From assembly GCA_963746845.1 (NCBI GenBank), contig CAVVCZ010000005.1:384001-448000 (forward strand): a stretch of 64,000 nt of DNA. The letters are read 5' to 3'. The stretch comes from an uncultured Chloroflexia bacterium. GTDB lineage: Bacteria > Chloroflexota > Limnocylindria > Limnocylindrales > CSP1-4. The notes under the pieces were generated by a model. The model saw only the letters and a list, made by a program, of their open reading frames with translations, had not been told where the DNA came from and made no database searches. Made by a program: the position numbers and the translations under genes. Positions 46,670-55,537 of this stretch are shown piece by piece; position 1 is the first letter of the stretch, and each line of letters begins with the position of its first letter.

Positions 46670-47860
46670 TCAGCCCGCGACGGCAGCGAGGATCGCGAGG
46701 ATTTCGTTCTTGGTCGGGAAGCGCGGGCTGTTGATGATCGCTGCGTCGTCGATGGCATCCTGAGCGATCGTCGCGTGAGAGTCGCGGGCGAGACCCTGGG
46801 CGGCAAGCGTGCTGCGCTGGCCGACACGCTCGAGCAGGGAGCGCACCGCATCGATCCCGGCCCGGGCAGCGGCGGCAGGGTCGTCGCGGGGATCGGCGGC
46901 ACCGAAGGCGACGGCGACCAGGGCGAGCTCCCGATCGCGGACGTCCAGATACGTCTCGAAGACCTCGGGCATCACGGTCGCGAGCGCGGTGCCGTGGGCG
47001 ATCCGGCCGCGGGTCCCGATCGCGTGGCCGATCGCATGGACGGCACCGACGCCGGTCCCGCTCTGCTGTCCGACGCCGGCGTAGTGGGCGGCCAGCAGCA
47101 TCCGGCTCCGGGCCTCGAGATTTGACCCGTCGTCGACCGCGACCGGTAGCCAGCGCGAGATCGTCCGGCAGGTGCCGAGCGCGATCGCCTCGGCGAACGG
47201 GTTGGGGTTGCGCGACAGCAGTGACTCGAGCGAGTGGGTCAGCGCATCGACCCCTGTCGCGGCGGTTGGGCGGGGCGGCAGGCCGAGCGTGAGCTCGGGG
47301 TCGAGGACCGCGACCCGCGGCAGGACGCTCTCGTGCCCCACGTACCCCTTGCGGCCCACCGTCTCGTCGGTGATCACGCCGTAGGTGTTCGTCTCGGAAC
47401 CGGTGCCGGCCGTCGTCGGGATCGCGATGACCGGCAGCCCCGCCGCGACCGTTTCATCGTGGTAGCCAAGTGACATGACAGCACGCTGATTGGGTGCATG
47501 GAGGGCGATGACCTTGGCCGAGTCCATCGCCGACCCGCCGCCAAGTCCCACGACGACGACGACGCCGCGATCGGGCGCGGCGAGGCTGCGTCGGAGCGCC
47601 TCGGTCCCCCGCTCGATCGACGCCGCGCCCGGGTTCGGCTCGACGCCGTCGAAGAGCTCGGCGTCGATGCCACCGGCACGCAGCAGGTCGACGACCCGGC
47701 CCGCGACCCCGGAGGCAACGACCCCGGGGTCGGTCACGACAAAGGCCGTCGCGGCGCCCAGCTCGCGGACGATCGCCGGCAGCTCACCCACGATCCCGGC
47801 ACCGAACCGCGCCCGGTCGCGGGCCGTGATCTCGAGCCGTCGGCGGGCGTAGCCCTCCAT
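46670..47860 (-). CDS. Iron-containing (type III) alcohol dehydrogenase
   Basis: GGGSAMDSAK, PTTAGTGSE, DALTHSLES, HAIGH, AHG. Confidence 0.93.
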   Translation of the reverse strand: MEGYARRRLEITARDRARFGAGIVGELPAIVRELGAATAFVVTDPGVVASGVAGRVVDLLRAGGIDAELFDGVEPNPGAASIERGTEALRRSLAAPDRGVVVVVGLGGGSAMDSAKVIALHAPNQRAVMSLGYHDETVAAGLPVIAIPTTAGTGSETNTYGVITDETVGRKGYVGHESVLPRVAVLDPELTLGLPPRPTAATGVDALTHSLESLLSRNPNPFAEAIALGTCRTISRWLPVAVDDGSNLEARSRMLLAAHYAGVGQQSGTGVGAVHAIGHAIGTRGRIAHGTALATVMPEVFETYLDVRDRELALVAVAFGAADPRDDPAAAARAGIDAVRSLLERVGQRSTLAAQGLARDSHATIAQDAIDDAAIINSPRFPTKNEILAILAAVAG

Positions 47861-48102
47861 CAGCGGACCTCGAGGACGCGATCCGCCCGCGTGTCCCGCC
47901 GGACCGTGAGCCAGCGCCGGCAGCCTGCGGCGTGGAACCAGCGTTCGGTCGTCTCGCCGTCGGGGTTGTCGAAGATCCAGACCACGTCGTAGTCGCGCGC
48001 GTCGGGATCCTCGATCGTCGATGGCGTCGTCCGACGCTCACCCCCGAACGTGAACTCGTCGAGTGGCCGGCGCCCGCAGCGCGGGCAGTCCAGCTCGTGC
48101 AT
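47860..48102 (-). CDS. soxD: Sarcosine oxidase subunit delta
   Basis: MHELDCPRCGRRPLDEF..GGE...ERWFHAAGCRRW; TGATG-coupled on both sides. Confidence 0.92.
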   Translation of the reverse strand: MHELDCPRCGRRPLDEFTFGGERRTTPSTIEDPDARDYDVVWIFDNPDGETTERWFHAAGCRRWLTVRRDTRADRVLEVR

Positions 48103-49313
48103 CAGCGCGTCCCCGCCGAGGCCTGGTCCGCCATCGCGAGGTCGTTCCGGAAGCGGTCGAGCCCGAACGGCGCGATCAGCGCCGGCGTCCGGCCCGTCGC
48201 GATCCGCTCGGCCATCGCCTCGCCGCCGGCCGGGATGGCCTTGAACCCCCACGTCCCCCAGCCGGTCGTGATCAGGAACCCGTCCACCCCCGTGTCGCCC
48301 ATGATCGGGCTGAAATCCGCCGAGATGTCGCACAACCCGGCCCACGTCCGGAGGATCCGCATACAGCGCAGGAACGGCAGAAGCGCCGTGATCTTGAAGG
48401 CGTAGCTCCGGAGGGCGTCGAACGACGAGACCCGGGTGAACGACGGCTGGCTGTCGAACTCCGCCCCGATCAGCATCTGGCCTCGCTCGGTCTGGGAGAC
48501 ATAGCACGCGAGCTCGGTCGACGCGACGATCTTGTCGAGGCCCTGGGCGAAGTCGTTCGTGACGAAGGCATGGAGCGGGTGGGTCCGGACGGGCAGCCGG
48601 ACGCCCGCCATCCCGGCGAGCTGCGTGACCCAGCCGCCGACCGCGCTCACGACGATCCCGGCCCGGATCGGCCCCGCGGCGGTCTCCACCCCGACGACCC
48701 GGTCGCCGTCCCGGAGCACGCCCGTCACGCGCCGGTTCTGGATCACGTGGACCCCGCGTGCGGTCGCGCCCGACGCGAGCGCCCACGCGACGCGATCGTG
48801 GCGCGCGGTCGCCGCCGGGACGTGGTGCGAGGCACCGAAGACGGGGTAGCGGCCGCCCCCGGTCAGGTCGATCTGGGGCACGAGCCGCTTCACGTCGGCG
48901 GGGGTCAGGAGCTCCGTGTCCACACCGAACGCCTGGTTCATCAGGACCCGCGCCTGCTCGGTCCGCATCCCCATCTCGCTGTGCGCGATCCAGACGTGAC
49001 CCTTCTTCCGATGGAAGAGCGCCGCGCCCGTCTCGGCCTCGAGGCCCTCGTACAGCTGGAGGCTTCGCCGGTAGAAGCGGATCGCCTCCGGGATCGCGTA
49101 GTTGGCGCGGATGATCGTCGTGTTCCGGCCCGTGTTGCCCGACGCGATGTAGTCGGCCTCGACGACGGCGACGTTCGTGATCCCGTGGCGGGTCGCGAGG
49201 TAGTAGGCAATCGACAGCCCGTGGCCACCGCCACCGACGATCACCACGTCGTAGCTGTCGCGTGGCTCGTGCCAGGCGATCGGCTGGAGCGTCGCGATGT
49301 GCTCGCTCACCAT
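48102..49313 (-). CDS. soxB: Sarcosine oxidase subunit beta
   Basis: GGGGHGL, GNTGRNTTIIRANY, RHDRVAW, GWGTWGFKA. Confidence 0.93.
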   Translation of the reverse strand: MVSEHIATLQPIAWHEPRDSYDVVIVGGGGHGLSIAYYLATRHGITNVAVVEADYIASGNTGRNTTIIRANYAIPEAIRFYRRSLQLYEGLEAETGAALFHRKKGHVWIAHSEMGMRTEQARVLMNQAFGVDTELLTPADVKRLVPQIDLTGGGRYPVFGASHHVPAATARHDRVAWALASGATARGVHVIQNRRVTGVLRDGDRVVGVETAAGPIRAGIVVSAVGGWVTQLAGMAGVRLPVRTHPLHAFVTNDFAQGLDKIVASTELACYVSQTERGQMLIGAEFDSQPSFTRVSSFDALRSYAFKITALLPFLRCMRILRTWAGLCDISADFSPIMGDTGVDGFLITTGWGTWGFKAIPAGGEAMAERIATGRTPALIAPFGLDRFRNDLAMADQASAGTR

Positions 49314-49687
49314 CCGAGCCGGCTCCGGAGCTCATCGGCATAGGCGGTCTGCGTCACGAGCAGGGTCGGGTCGCCGACGAGGAGCTTCGCCGGGACGCCG
49401 GCGATCTTCCCCTGGGCGAGCGCGCCGGCCGACGACGGCATGGCCCAGTCGGCATGGTCGGCGAGCGACGCGAGCTCCCCCGCGTCGAGCAGTGCGACGC
49501 TGAAGCCGGCGTCCGGCTCGACGATCGCGTCCGGGTCGTCGACGTCCACCCCCGTCGCCCCCAGGCCGAGGGCCTCGTCGGGCGCGAACCGGATGACGTC
49601 CACGTCGTCGCCGGTCCAGCGCGCTGCGTCGAGCGCGTCGGGCCGCGCCACCACGCGCAGCCCGTCGACGGGCTCAAGCGCGGGCAC
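49307..49687 (-). CDS. Short sarcosine oxidase gamma-like subunit
   Basis: RFAPDEAL...QGKIAGVP...AYADEL pattern; lies between alpha- and beta-like genes. Confidence 0.65.
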   Translation of the reverse strand: MPALEPVDGLRVVARPDALDAARWTGDDVDVIRFAPDEALGLGATGVDVDDPDAIVEPDAGFSVALLDAGELASLADHADWAMPSSAGALAQGKIAGVPAKLLVGDPTLLVTQTAYADELRSRLGW

Positions 49688-51851
49688 GGAGCCCCTCCGG
49701 GTCGTAGAACGGCGTCGCCGTGACCGCCGCCTCGCGGCCGTCGATCGACACGCGGTCCGCGAACGGCGCCCGCTTCTGCCAGCCGAGCATCAGCGCCCGC
49801 CCGAGCAGCGGCGACGTCCAGCTGCCGGTGACGTTGCCGACGACCTCGCCGTCGTCCAGCGACCGGATCGGCGTGCCCTCCGGCGGCGCATCCCCGTCCA
49901 TCGCGAACCCCATCCAGCGCCGCGTCTCGGGCAGCTCGCCGGTTCGCTCCAGCGACCCCCGCCCGATGAACGCCGGCTTGTCCATCCGGGCCGCCCAGTC
50001 CATCCCCAGCCGGCGCGGCGTCGTGTCGAGCTCGGTGTCCATCCCGACGATCACGTGACCCTTCTCCAGCCGCAGCCCGAACAGCGCCTGGAGCCCGTGG
50101 GGGCGGATCCCGAGGTCGCGACCGGCGCCCATGAGCGCCCTCCACAGGGCGACCGACCCATCGAGCGGGTGGTGGAGCTCGAAGGCCGCCTCGCCGGTGA
50201 ACGACAGCCGCATGACGTGACATGGCACGCCCGCGATCCCGGCGCGGACATGGCCGAGGAACCGCGGCACCTCCGCCAGCCCGAGGCGCCCGAGCAGCTC
50301 CCCGGCGAGCGGACCCGTGACGTTGATCGCGGCGAGGGACATCGTGCGGTCCATCACGTGGACGCGGAGGCCCCACGTCTCGACCCAGTCGCGGATCCAC
50401 ATCTCGGCGTTCGCGGCGCCGCCCGATGTGAAGGTGAGGGTGAACCGCGTGTCCCCGTCGCGGAGGATCATCCCGTCGTCCATCACGTGGCCGCGCTCGT
50501 TGAGGAGCAGGGCGTAGCGCGAGCGGCCGGGCTTGATGTCCGCGACGTGGCAGGGGTAGAGCCGCTCGAGCGCCTCGACGACGTCGGGACCGGAGACGAC
50601 GAGCTTGCCGAGCGTCGAGACGTCGCCGATCGAGACGCCCTCGCGGACCGCCCAGTACTCGGCGATCGGGTCGCCGTAGTGCCACGGCCGCCACCAGCCG
50701 CCGAACCGGTCCATCCGGGCCCCGAGCGCCAGGTGCTCGTCGTGGAGCGGCGTCCGCCGGAAGGCATCGATCGACACATCGGCGGCGGCCTCGGCGAGCG
50801 TGATCTGGCGGGCAGCCGGGCGCGCGGTGAAGGGCTCGGGAACCAGGCCGGTCCTGGCCGCGAGATACGCCCGGACGTGCGGCAGGCACGCGCCGCCCTG
50901 GCACGGTCCGAGCCCCGCCCACGACGCACGCTTCAGCAGCTCGAGATCCGTGTAGCCCGCGTCGAACGCAGCCGCCAGGTCGTCGACGGTCGTGCCCATG
51001 CAGGGACAGACGACGCCCGCGATCGGGGTGGGTGGCAGCGGATGATCGTCGGCGGCGGCACCGACGGCGCGGACCGCGTCGTCGTCCAGCATCCGGACGA
51101 GGACGTCCCGCGGCGCCCGACCGAGGTCGACGACCGCGGTGTCGCAGGGCGTCATCGTCTCGGCCCCGTCGGTCGCTCGACTGACGACCGCCGTGACGTA
51201 CCCGGAGGCATCGCCCTCGAACCGGACCAGCTCGCGTCCGACCCGGACGATGCGTCCGAGGTCGACGTCGGCCGCGATCAGCCGCTCCGCGGCCCGTGCC
51301 GTGACGATCCCCGCGAGGTCGCTGCCGGGGCAGACGGGCTGGATCTCGGCGGAGCCCGTGGCCACGACGATCTGCTCGGCCCGGGCATGGAGCATCCCGC
51401 TCGGCTCGCGGGCGACGATCGACGGGCCCGGGTAGATGGCAACGACCTCCGTTCCGTCGGCGGCATCGAGAACCAGGGCACCGCCGTCCTGCGGTGCCGC
51501 CGCCGCAGCGCCAACGACGACGAGCTCGGCCTGCGTGCGGCGCACCCGGATCTGCGCACCGAGTGGGGTCAGGGTCAGGTCGCGCCAGTCGACGACCGGC
51601 AGCGCCGGCTTGCCGACGATCGGGTGCCGGGCGACGACCGTTCCCGGCTGGGCTCCGACCTGGCACGTCCGGACATAGGCGACGCCATCGACCTCCGCGA
51701 GACAGTTGCCGCAGTCGCCTGCGAGGCACAGGCACCCGCCGTGGCCCGGCACCTCGCCCTCCCGCAGGATGGCGACCGCGACCGAGTCGCCCCGGCGGAA
51801 CTCGATCGGCCGCCCGTCGACGACGATCCGGCCGCCGACCGGCTCGGTCAC
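49674..51851 (-). CDS. soxA: Sarcosine oxidase alpha-like subunit (2Fe-2S + BFD-like Fe-S + GcvT domains)
   Basis: GDSVAVA, CLCLAGDCGNC...RTC, CPC...GPCQGGAC, FTARP, RRTPLH, DVSTLGK, LRLEKGH, PFYDPEG; GTGA-coupled start. Confidence 0.85.
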   Translation of the reverse strand: MTEPVGGRIVVDGRPIEFRRGDSVAVAILREGEVPGHGGCLCLAGDCGNCLAEVDGVAYVRTCQVGAQPGTVVARHPIVGKPALPVVDWRDLTLTPLGAQIRVRRTQAELVVVGAAAAAPQDGGALVLDAADGTEVVAIYPGPSIVAREPSGMLHARAEQIVVATGSAEIQPVCPGSDLAGIVTARAAERLIAADVDLGRIVRVGRELVRFEGDASGYVTAVVSRATDGAETMTPCDTAVVDLGRAPRDVLVRMLDDDAVRAVGAAADDHPLPPTPIAGVVCPCMGTTVDDLAAAFDAGYTDLELLKRASWAGLGPCQGGACLPHVRAYLAARTGLVPEPFTARPAARQITLAEAAADVSIDAFRRTPLHDEHLALGARMDRFGGWWRPWHYGDPIAEYWAVREGVSIGDVSTLGKLVVSGPDVVEALERLYPCHVADIKPGRSRYALLLNERGHVMDDGMILRDGDTRFTLTFTSGGAANAEMWIRDWVETWGLRVHVMDRTMSLAAINVTGPLAGELLGRLGLAEVPRFLGHVRAGIAGVPCHVMRLSFTGEAAFELHHPLDGSVALWRALMGAGRDLGIRPHGLQALFGLRLEKGHVIVGMDTELDTTPRRLGMDWAARMDKPAFIGRGSLERTGELPETRRWMGFAMDGDAPPEGTPIRSLDDGEVVGNVTGSWTSPLLGRALMLGWQKRAPFADRVSIDGREAAVTATPFYDPEGLRARA

Positions 51852-54316
51852 TGGCGCATCCGGAGACCCTGGGGGTCGAACAACGGCTCCGGCTGGAGCC
51901 GCGCCGGACGCCGCCGGCCGATGATCTCGATCTCGAACCCCTCGCCGCCCGGGCCGTCCGGGGTCGACAGCTCCGTCGGGACGTAGCCAAGCGCGATGGA
52001 CTCCTTGACGTGGTGTCCGTAGCCGCCGGACGTGATCCAGCCGACGACCCTGTCGTCGTGCCAGACCGGCTCGTCGCCGATCACATCCGCGGGATCGTCC
52101 GGCTCCGGGTCGACGACGAACGTTACGAACCGCCGCTTCGGGCCGCCGGCCGCCAGCTCCGCCTCGTGGGCGGCTCGCCCGATGAAGTCGTGATCGAGCC
52201 TGAGGTAGCGGGTGATCCCGCCTTCGGCCGGCGTGTAGATCGGGCGGTACTCGCGGAACCACGTGCCGTAGCTCTTCTCGAGCCGGAGCGACATGAGGGC
52301 TCGCATCCCGAACAGACGCAGTCCGTACCGCTCGCCCGCCGCGACGATCCGGTCGAACAGCGCGTGCTGGTGCTCGGGTGCGACCCACAGCTCGTAGCCG
52401 AGGTCGCCCGAGTAGTTGATGCGGGCGACCAGCGCCGGATGCATCCCGAGGTCGACCCGCCGGAAGGTCATGAAGGGGAAGGCCTCGGTCGAGAGATCGA
52501 GGTCCGACGCGACGGCGGCCAGCACGTCCCGCGAGCGCGGCCCCGTGACCGACAGGCCGACGAGGCCCAGCCCCAGGACGTCGAACGAGACCGAGCCATC
52601 CGCCGGCAGGTGGTGGCGGAACCAGCGCGCGTGGTGGGTCTCGGCCGGCAGCGACCCGAACAGATGGAACTCGTCCGCCTCGGACGCGCGGGCGACCGTG
52701 AACTCGCCGACGATCCGGCCCTGATCATTGAGCATCGCGGTCAGGGTGATCCGCCCCGGCGCGGGCATCCGCGCGGTGAGCAGCGAGGACAGCCACGCCT
52801 CCGCGCCCGGGCCGGTGGCACGGTACTTCGCGTAGTTCGAGATCTCGGTCATCCCGACCCGCTCGCGGACCGCGGCAACCTCCTCGGCGACGCACTCCCA
52901 CGCGTTCGACCGGCGGAACGTGACGTCCTCCTTCGGCTCGAGCCCGGCCTTCTGGAACCAGAGCGCATGCTCGAGGCCGGCGGTGGCGCCCCAGACGGCG
53001 TTCGCGGCGGTGAGCCGGTCGTGGATCGGCGTCGTCAGCAGCGGTCGGCCCGCGGGCAGCTCCTCGTTCGGGAAGGTGATCCGGAAGCGGCGGCGGTAGT
53101 TCTCCTGGACCTTCGCGTTCGTGTAGGCGAGCGTGGCGTAGTCGCCGTACCGCGCGACGTCCATCGCCCAGATATCCATCCCGGAGTCGCCGGCATCGCC
53201 CGCGGTCATCCAGGCGGCGAGCGCGAGGCCCACACCGCCGCCCTGCGAGAGGCCGGCCATGACGCCGCAGGCGACCCAGAAGCCCCGCAGCCCGCGGACC
53301 GGCCCGACGAGCGGGTTGCCGTCCGGCGAGAAGGTGAACGGCCCGTTGACGACCTTCCGGATCCCGGTCTCGCGCATCGGCGGGTAGTGCTGGAACGCGA
53401 CCGTCAGCTCGGGCGTGATCCGGTCGAGGTCCGGCCTCAGGAGCTGCGACCCGAAGTCCCACGGCGTCTCCCGCGGGGACCATGGCACGGCCGCCTGCTC
53501 GTACGTGCCGAGGAGCATCGCCCCGCCTTCCTGGCGGATGTAGATCTCGCCGGCGAAGTCGAGCGCCATCGGCATCTCCTTGCCGGTCCTGGCGACGTTC
53601 GCGGCGACCTCGGGCATGTCGACGGTGAGGAGGTACATGTGCTCCATCGCGAGGACGGGCAGCTCGATCCCGACCATCCGGCCGACCTCGCGCGCCCACA
53701 GCCCGCCGGCGTTCACGACGTGCTCGGCGTGGATCGGGTCGCCATTCTCGACGTGGACGTCCCAGGTGTCGTCGGGGCGCTGGGTCAGGGCCGTGACCAT
53801 CGTGTGCTGGCGGACCTCGGCGCCCGCGAGCTGGGCGCACTTCACGTAGGCGCGGGTGACACCGGTCGGGTCGACGTGGCCCTCGACCGGGTCGTACAGC
53901 GCCCCGACGAAGTACTGGGGGTCCATGAGCGGGAACACGTCGGCTGCTTCGCGAGGCGTGATCAGGTCCAGCTCCATCCCCAGGTAGCGGCCGCGGGCCT
54001 GGGCCATCCGCAGCCAGTCCATCCGGACCTCGGTGTCGGCGAGCATCAGGCCGCCGGGCAGGTGGATCGAGCAGTCCTGGCCGCTGGCCCGCTGGATCTC
54101 GTCGTACAGCTGGATCGTGTACTGCTGCAGGCGGGCGACGTTCGGGTCGCCGTTGAGGGTGTGCATCCCGCCCGCGGCGTGCCACGTGGAGCCCGCGGTC
54201 AGCTCACGTCGTTCGAGGAGGAGGACGTCCGTCCAGCCGGCCTTCGTCAGGTGGTACAGCACGCTGGCGCCGACCACACCACCCCCGATGACGACGACCT
54301 GGGCAGACGACTTCAC
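51848..54316 (-). CDS. Dimethylglycine dehydrogenase-like FAD/GcvT protein
   Basis: VVVIGGGVVG, GSTWHAAG, NGPFTFSPDGNP, SLRLEK, GcvT C-terminus. Confidence 0.92.
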   Translation of the reverse strand: MKSSAQVVVIGGGVVGASVLYHLTKAGWTDVLLLERRELTAGSTWHAAGGMHTLNGDPNVARLQQYTIQLYDEIQRASGQDCSIHLPGGLMLADTEVRMDWLRMAQARGRYLGMELDLITPREAADVFPLMDPQYFVGALYDPVEGHVDPTGVTRAYVKCAQLAGAEVRQHTMVTALTQRPDDTWDVHVENGDPIHAEHVVNAGGLWAREVGRMVGIELPVLAMEHMYLLTVDMPEVAANVARTGKEMPMALDFAGEIYIRQEGGAMLLGTYEQAAVPWSPRETPWDFGSQLLRPDLDRITPELTVAFQHYPPMRETGIRKVVNGPFTFSPDGNPLVGPVRGLRGFWVACGVMAGLSQGGGVGLALAAWMTAGDAGDSGMDIWAMDVARYGDYATLAYTNAKVQENYRRRFRITFPNEELPAGRPLLTTPIHDRLTAANAVWGATAGLEHALWFQKAGLEPKEDVTFRRSNAWECVAEEVAAVRERVGMTEISNYAKYRATGPGAEAWLSSLLTARMPAPGRITLTAMLNDQGRIVGEFTVARASEADEFHLFGSLPAETHHARWFRHHLPADGSVSFDVLGLGLVGLSVTGPRSRDVLAAVASDLDLSTEAFPFMTFRRVDLGMHPALVARINYSGDLGYELWVAPEHQHALFDRIVAAGERYGLRLFGMRALMSLRLEKSYGTWFREYRPIYTPAEGGITRYLRLDHDFIGRAAHEAELAAGGPKRRFVTFVVDPEPDDPADVIGDEPVWHDDRVVGWITSGGYGHHVKESIALGYVPTELSTPDGPGGEGFEIEIIGRRRPARLQPEPLFDPQGLRMRQ

Positions 54317-54379
54317 ACGACCCTCCGGTGCAGGACCTCCGAAGCCTACGCGAGGAGCGGGTCGGCCTGCCGTCCGGAG

Positions 54380-54466
54380 TCAGGCGGCGATCAGCGGGAT
54401 CGCGGCCGCCGTGTAGTTCAAGAAGGCGTAGCGGACGGCACTCCAGGTCGAGATCGGCGTCGTCAT
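54380..54466 (-). CDS. Putative 28-aa small protein/leader peptide MTTPISTWSAVRYAFLNYTAAAIPLIAA
   Basis: Nearly all codons end in G/C; hydrophobic; no clear RBS. Confidence 0.45.
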   Translation of the reverse strand: MTTPISTWSAVRYAFLNYTAAAIPLIAA

Positions 54467-54617
54467 ACCGTCAAACCGGTCGAACGAGTCCGAGCGTGGT
54501 GCCCGCATCACCGGTACGCGCGAAGCGCCGACAAGCGGCGCCTCGGGGGCGTGAACTGCGGCCGGACACGCCTTCTTGCAATGGCCGCGGCGCTCCCGGC
54601 GTCGCTCCGGCCACGGC

Positions 54618-55478
54618 TCACTGGGCCCGGAAGTCGACGACGTCGATCGTCTCTTCGTGGCCCGGCGTCGACGGATCCGGGCCGACGGTGATGCGCGTCG
54701 GATACCCGAGGTCGCGGTCGAACTCGATCGCCGTGCGCCCGTTCGGGGCCTCCTGCGCCGCGCGGTCGAACAGCCCATCGACGGTGAGCGGGAGCTCCTG
54801 GAGCTGGGTCGGATCGACCCGCTTGCCGCCCGATCGAACGGACGCGACGTCCCCGTCCCGGACGGTGATCTCGTGCGACCGGCCGGTGTCGGTGCAGTCG
54901 CACGTGAACCGGATCGACAGCGTGTACGAGTCGACCCAGCGCGTGGCCCAGACCTGTCGGGCTGCCGTCACCCGGCCGAGCACGGCGTCGTCCGGTGGAT
55001 CGAGCGTCCAAGCGGTCAAGGTGAACGACATCTCGTCGTCGACCGCGTTCGCGATCGGGTCTGAATCCATCGCGAGCGGAACACCGGTCGCGGGGTCGTA
55101 GGTGATCGTGGCGCGGTCGCCGAGGATCGCCCGGTGGACGATCGCGAACAGGCCGTCCACCCCGACCGGTGCCCCGACCGGCGGCGCCGTGTTTCCGTCG
55201 ACCGCCACGCCGTCGATCCGGACCGACGGACCGTCGCCGACGACCACGTGCGACACGAGCGGGCAGAAGCACGACGGCGTGAAGGTGAACGCATACCGCG
55301 TGATGCCGGACGCCTGCCACGTCGCGAGGTTCCGATCGAACTCCGCCATGAGCGGCCCTTTCCGCGGGATCGGCGACCCGACCGGGGTCGACGGTGTCGG
55401 GACCAGCGGGCCGCACGCGGCCGCAATCACGGCGAGAACGAGACCTGCCGCCGGACCGCCGAGCGTCGTTGACCGCAT
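54618..55478 (-). CDS. Lipoprotein with two repeated domains (DUF6174-like)
   Basis: IAAAC lipobox; W...GITRY.F...CFC / W....Y.L...CDC; VDGLF twice; GGGAGG RBS. Confidence 0.82.
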   Translation of the reverse strand: MRSTTLGGPAAGLVLAVIAAACGPLVPTPSTPVGSPIPRKGPLMAEFDRNLATWQASGITRYAFTFTPSCFCPLVSHVVVGDGPSVRIDGVAVDGNTAPPVGAPVGVDGLFAIVHRAILGDRATITYDPATGVPLAMDSDPIANAVDDEMSFTLTAWTLDPPDDAVLGRVTAARQVWATRWVDSYTLSIRFTCDCTDTGRSHEITVRDGDVASVRSGGKRVDPTQLQELPLTVDGLFDRAAQEAPNGRTAIEFDRDLGYPTRITVGPDPSTPGHEETIDVVDFRAQ

Positions 55479-55537
55479 CACGCCTCCCGAGGGATGTCGG
55501 GTCGGAGACGGCCGACGGTCGGCCGGAGTTCCGCGGG

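Noticed and set aside
54380-54466. C-terminal LIAA resembling a tmRNA tag
   Set aside because: No tRNA-like ends (GGGG...TTCGA...CCA) flank it.
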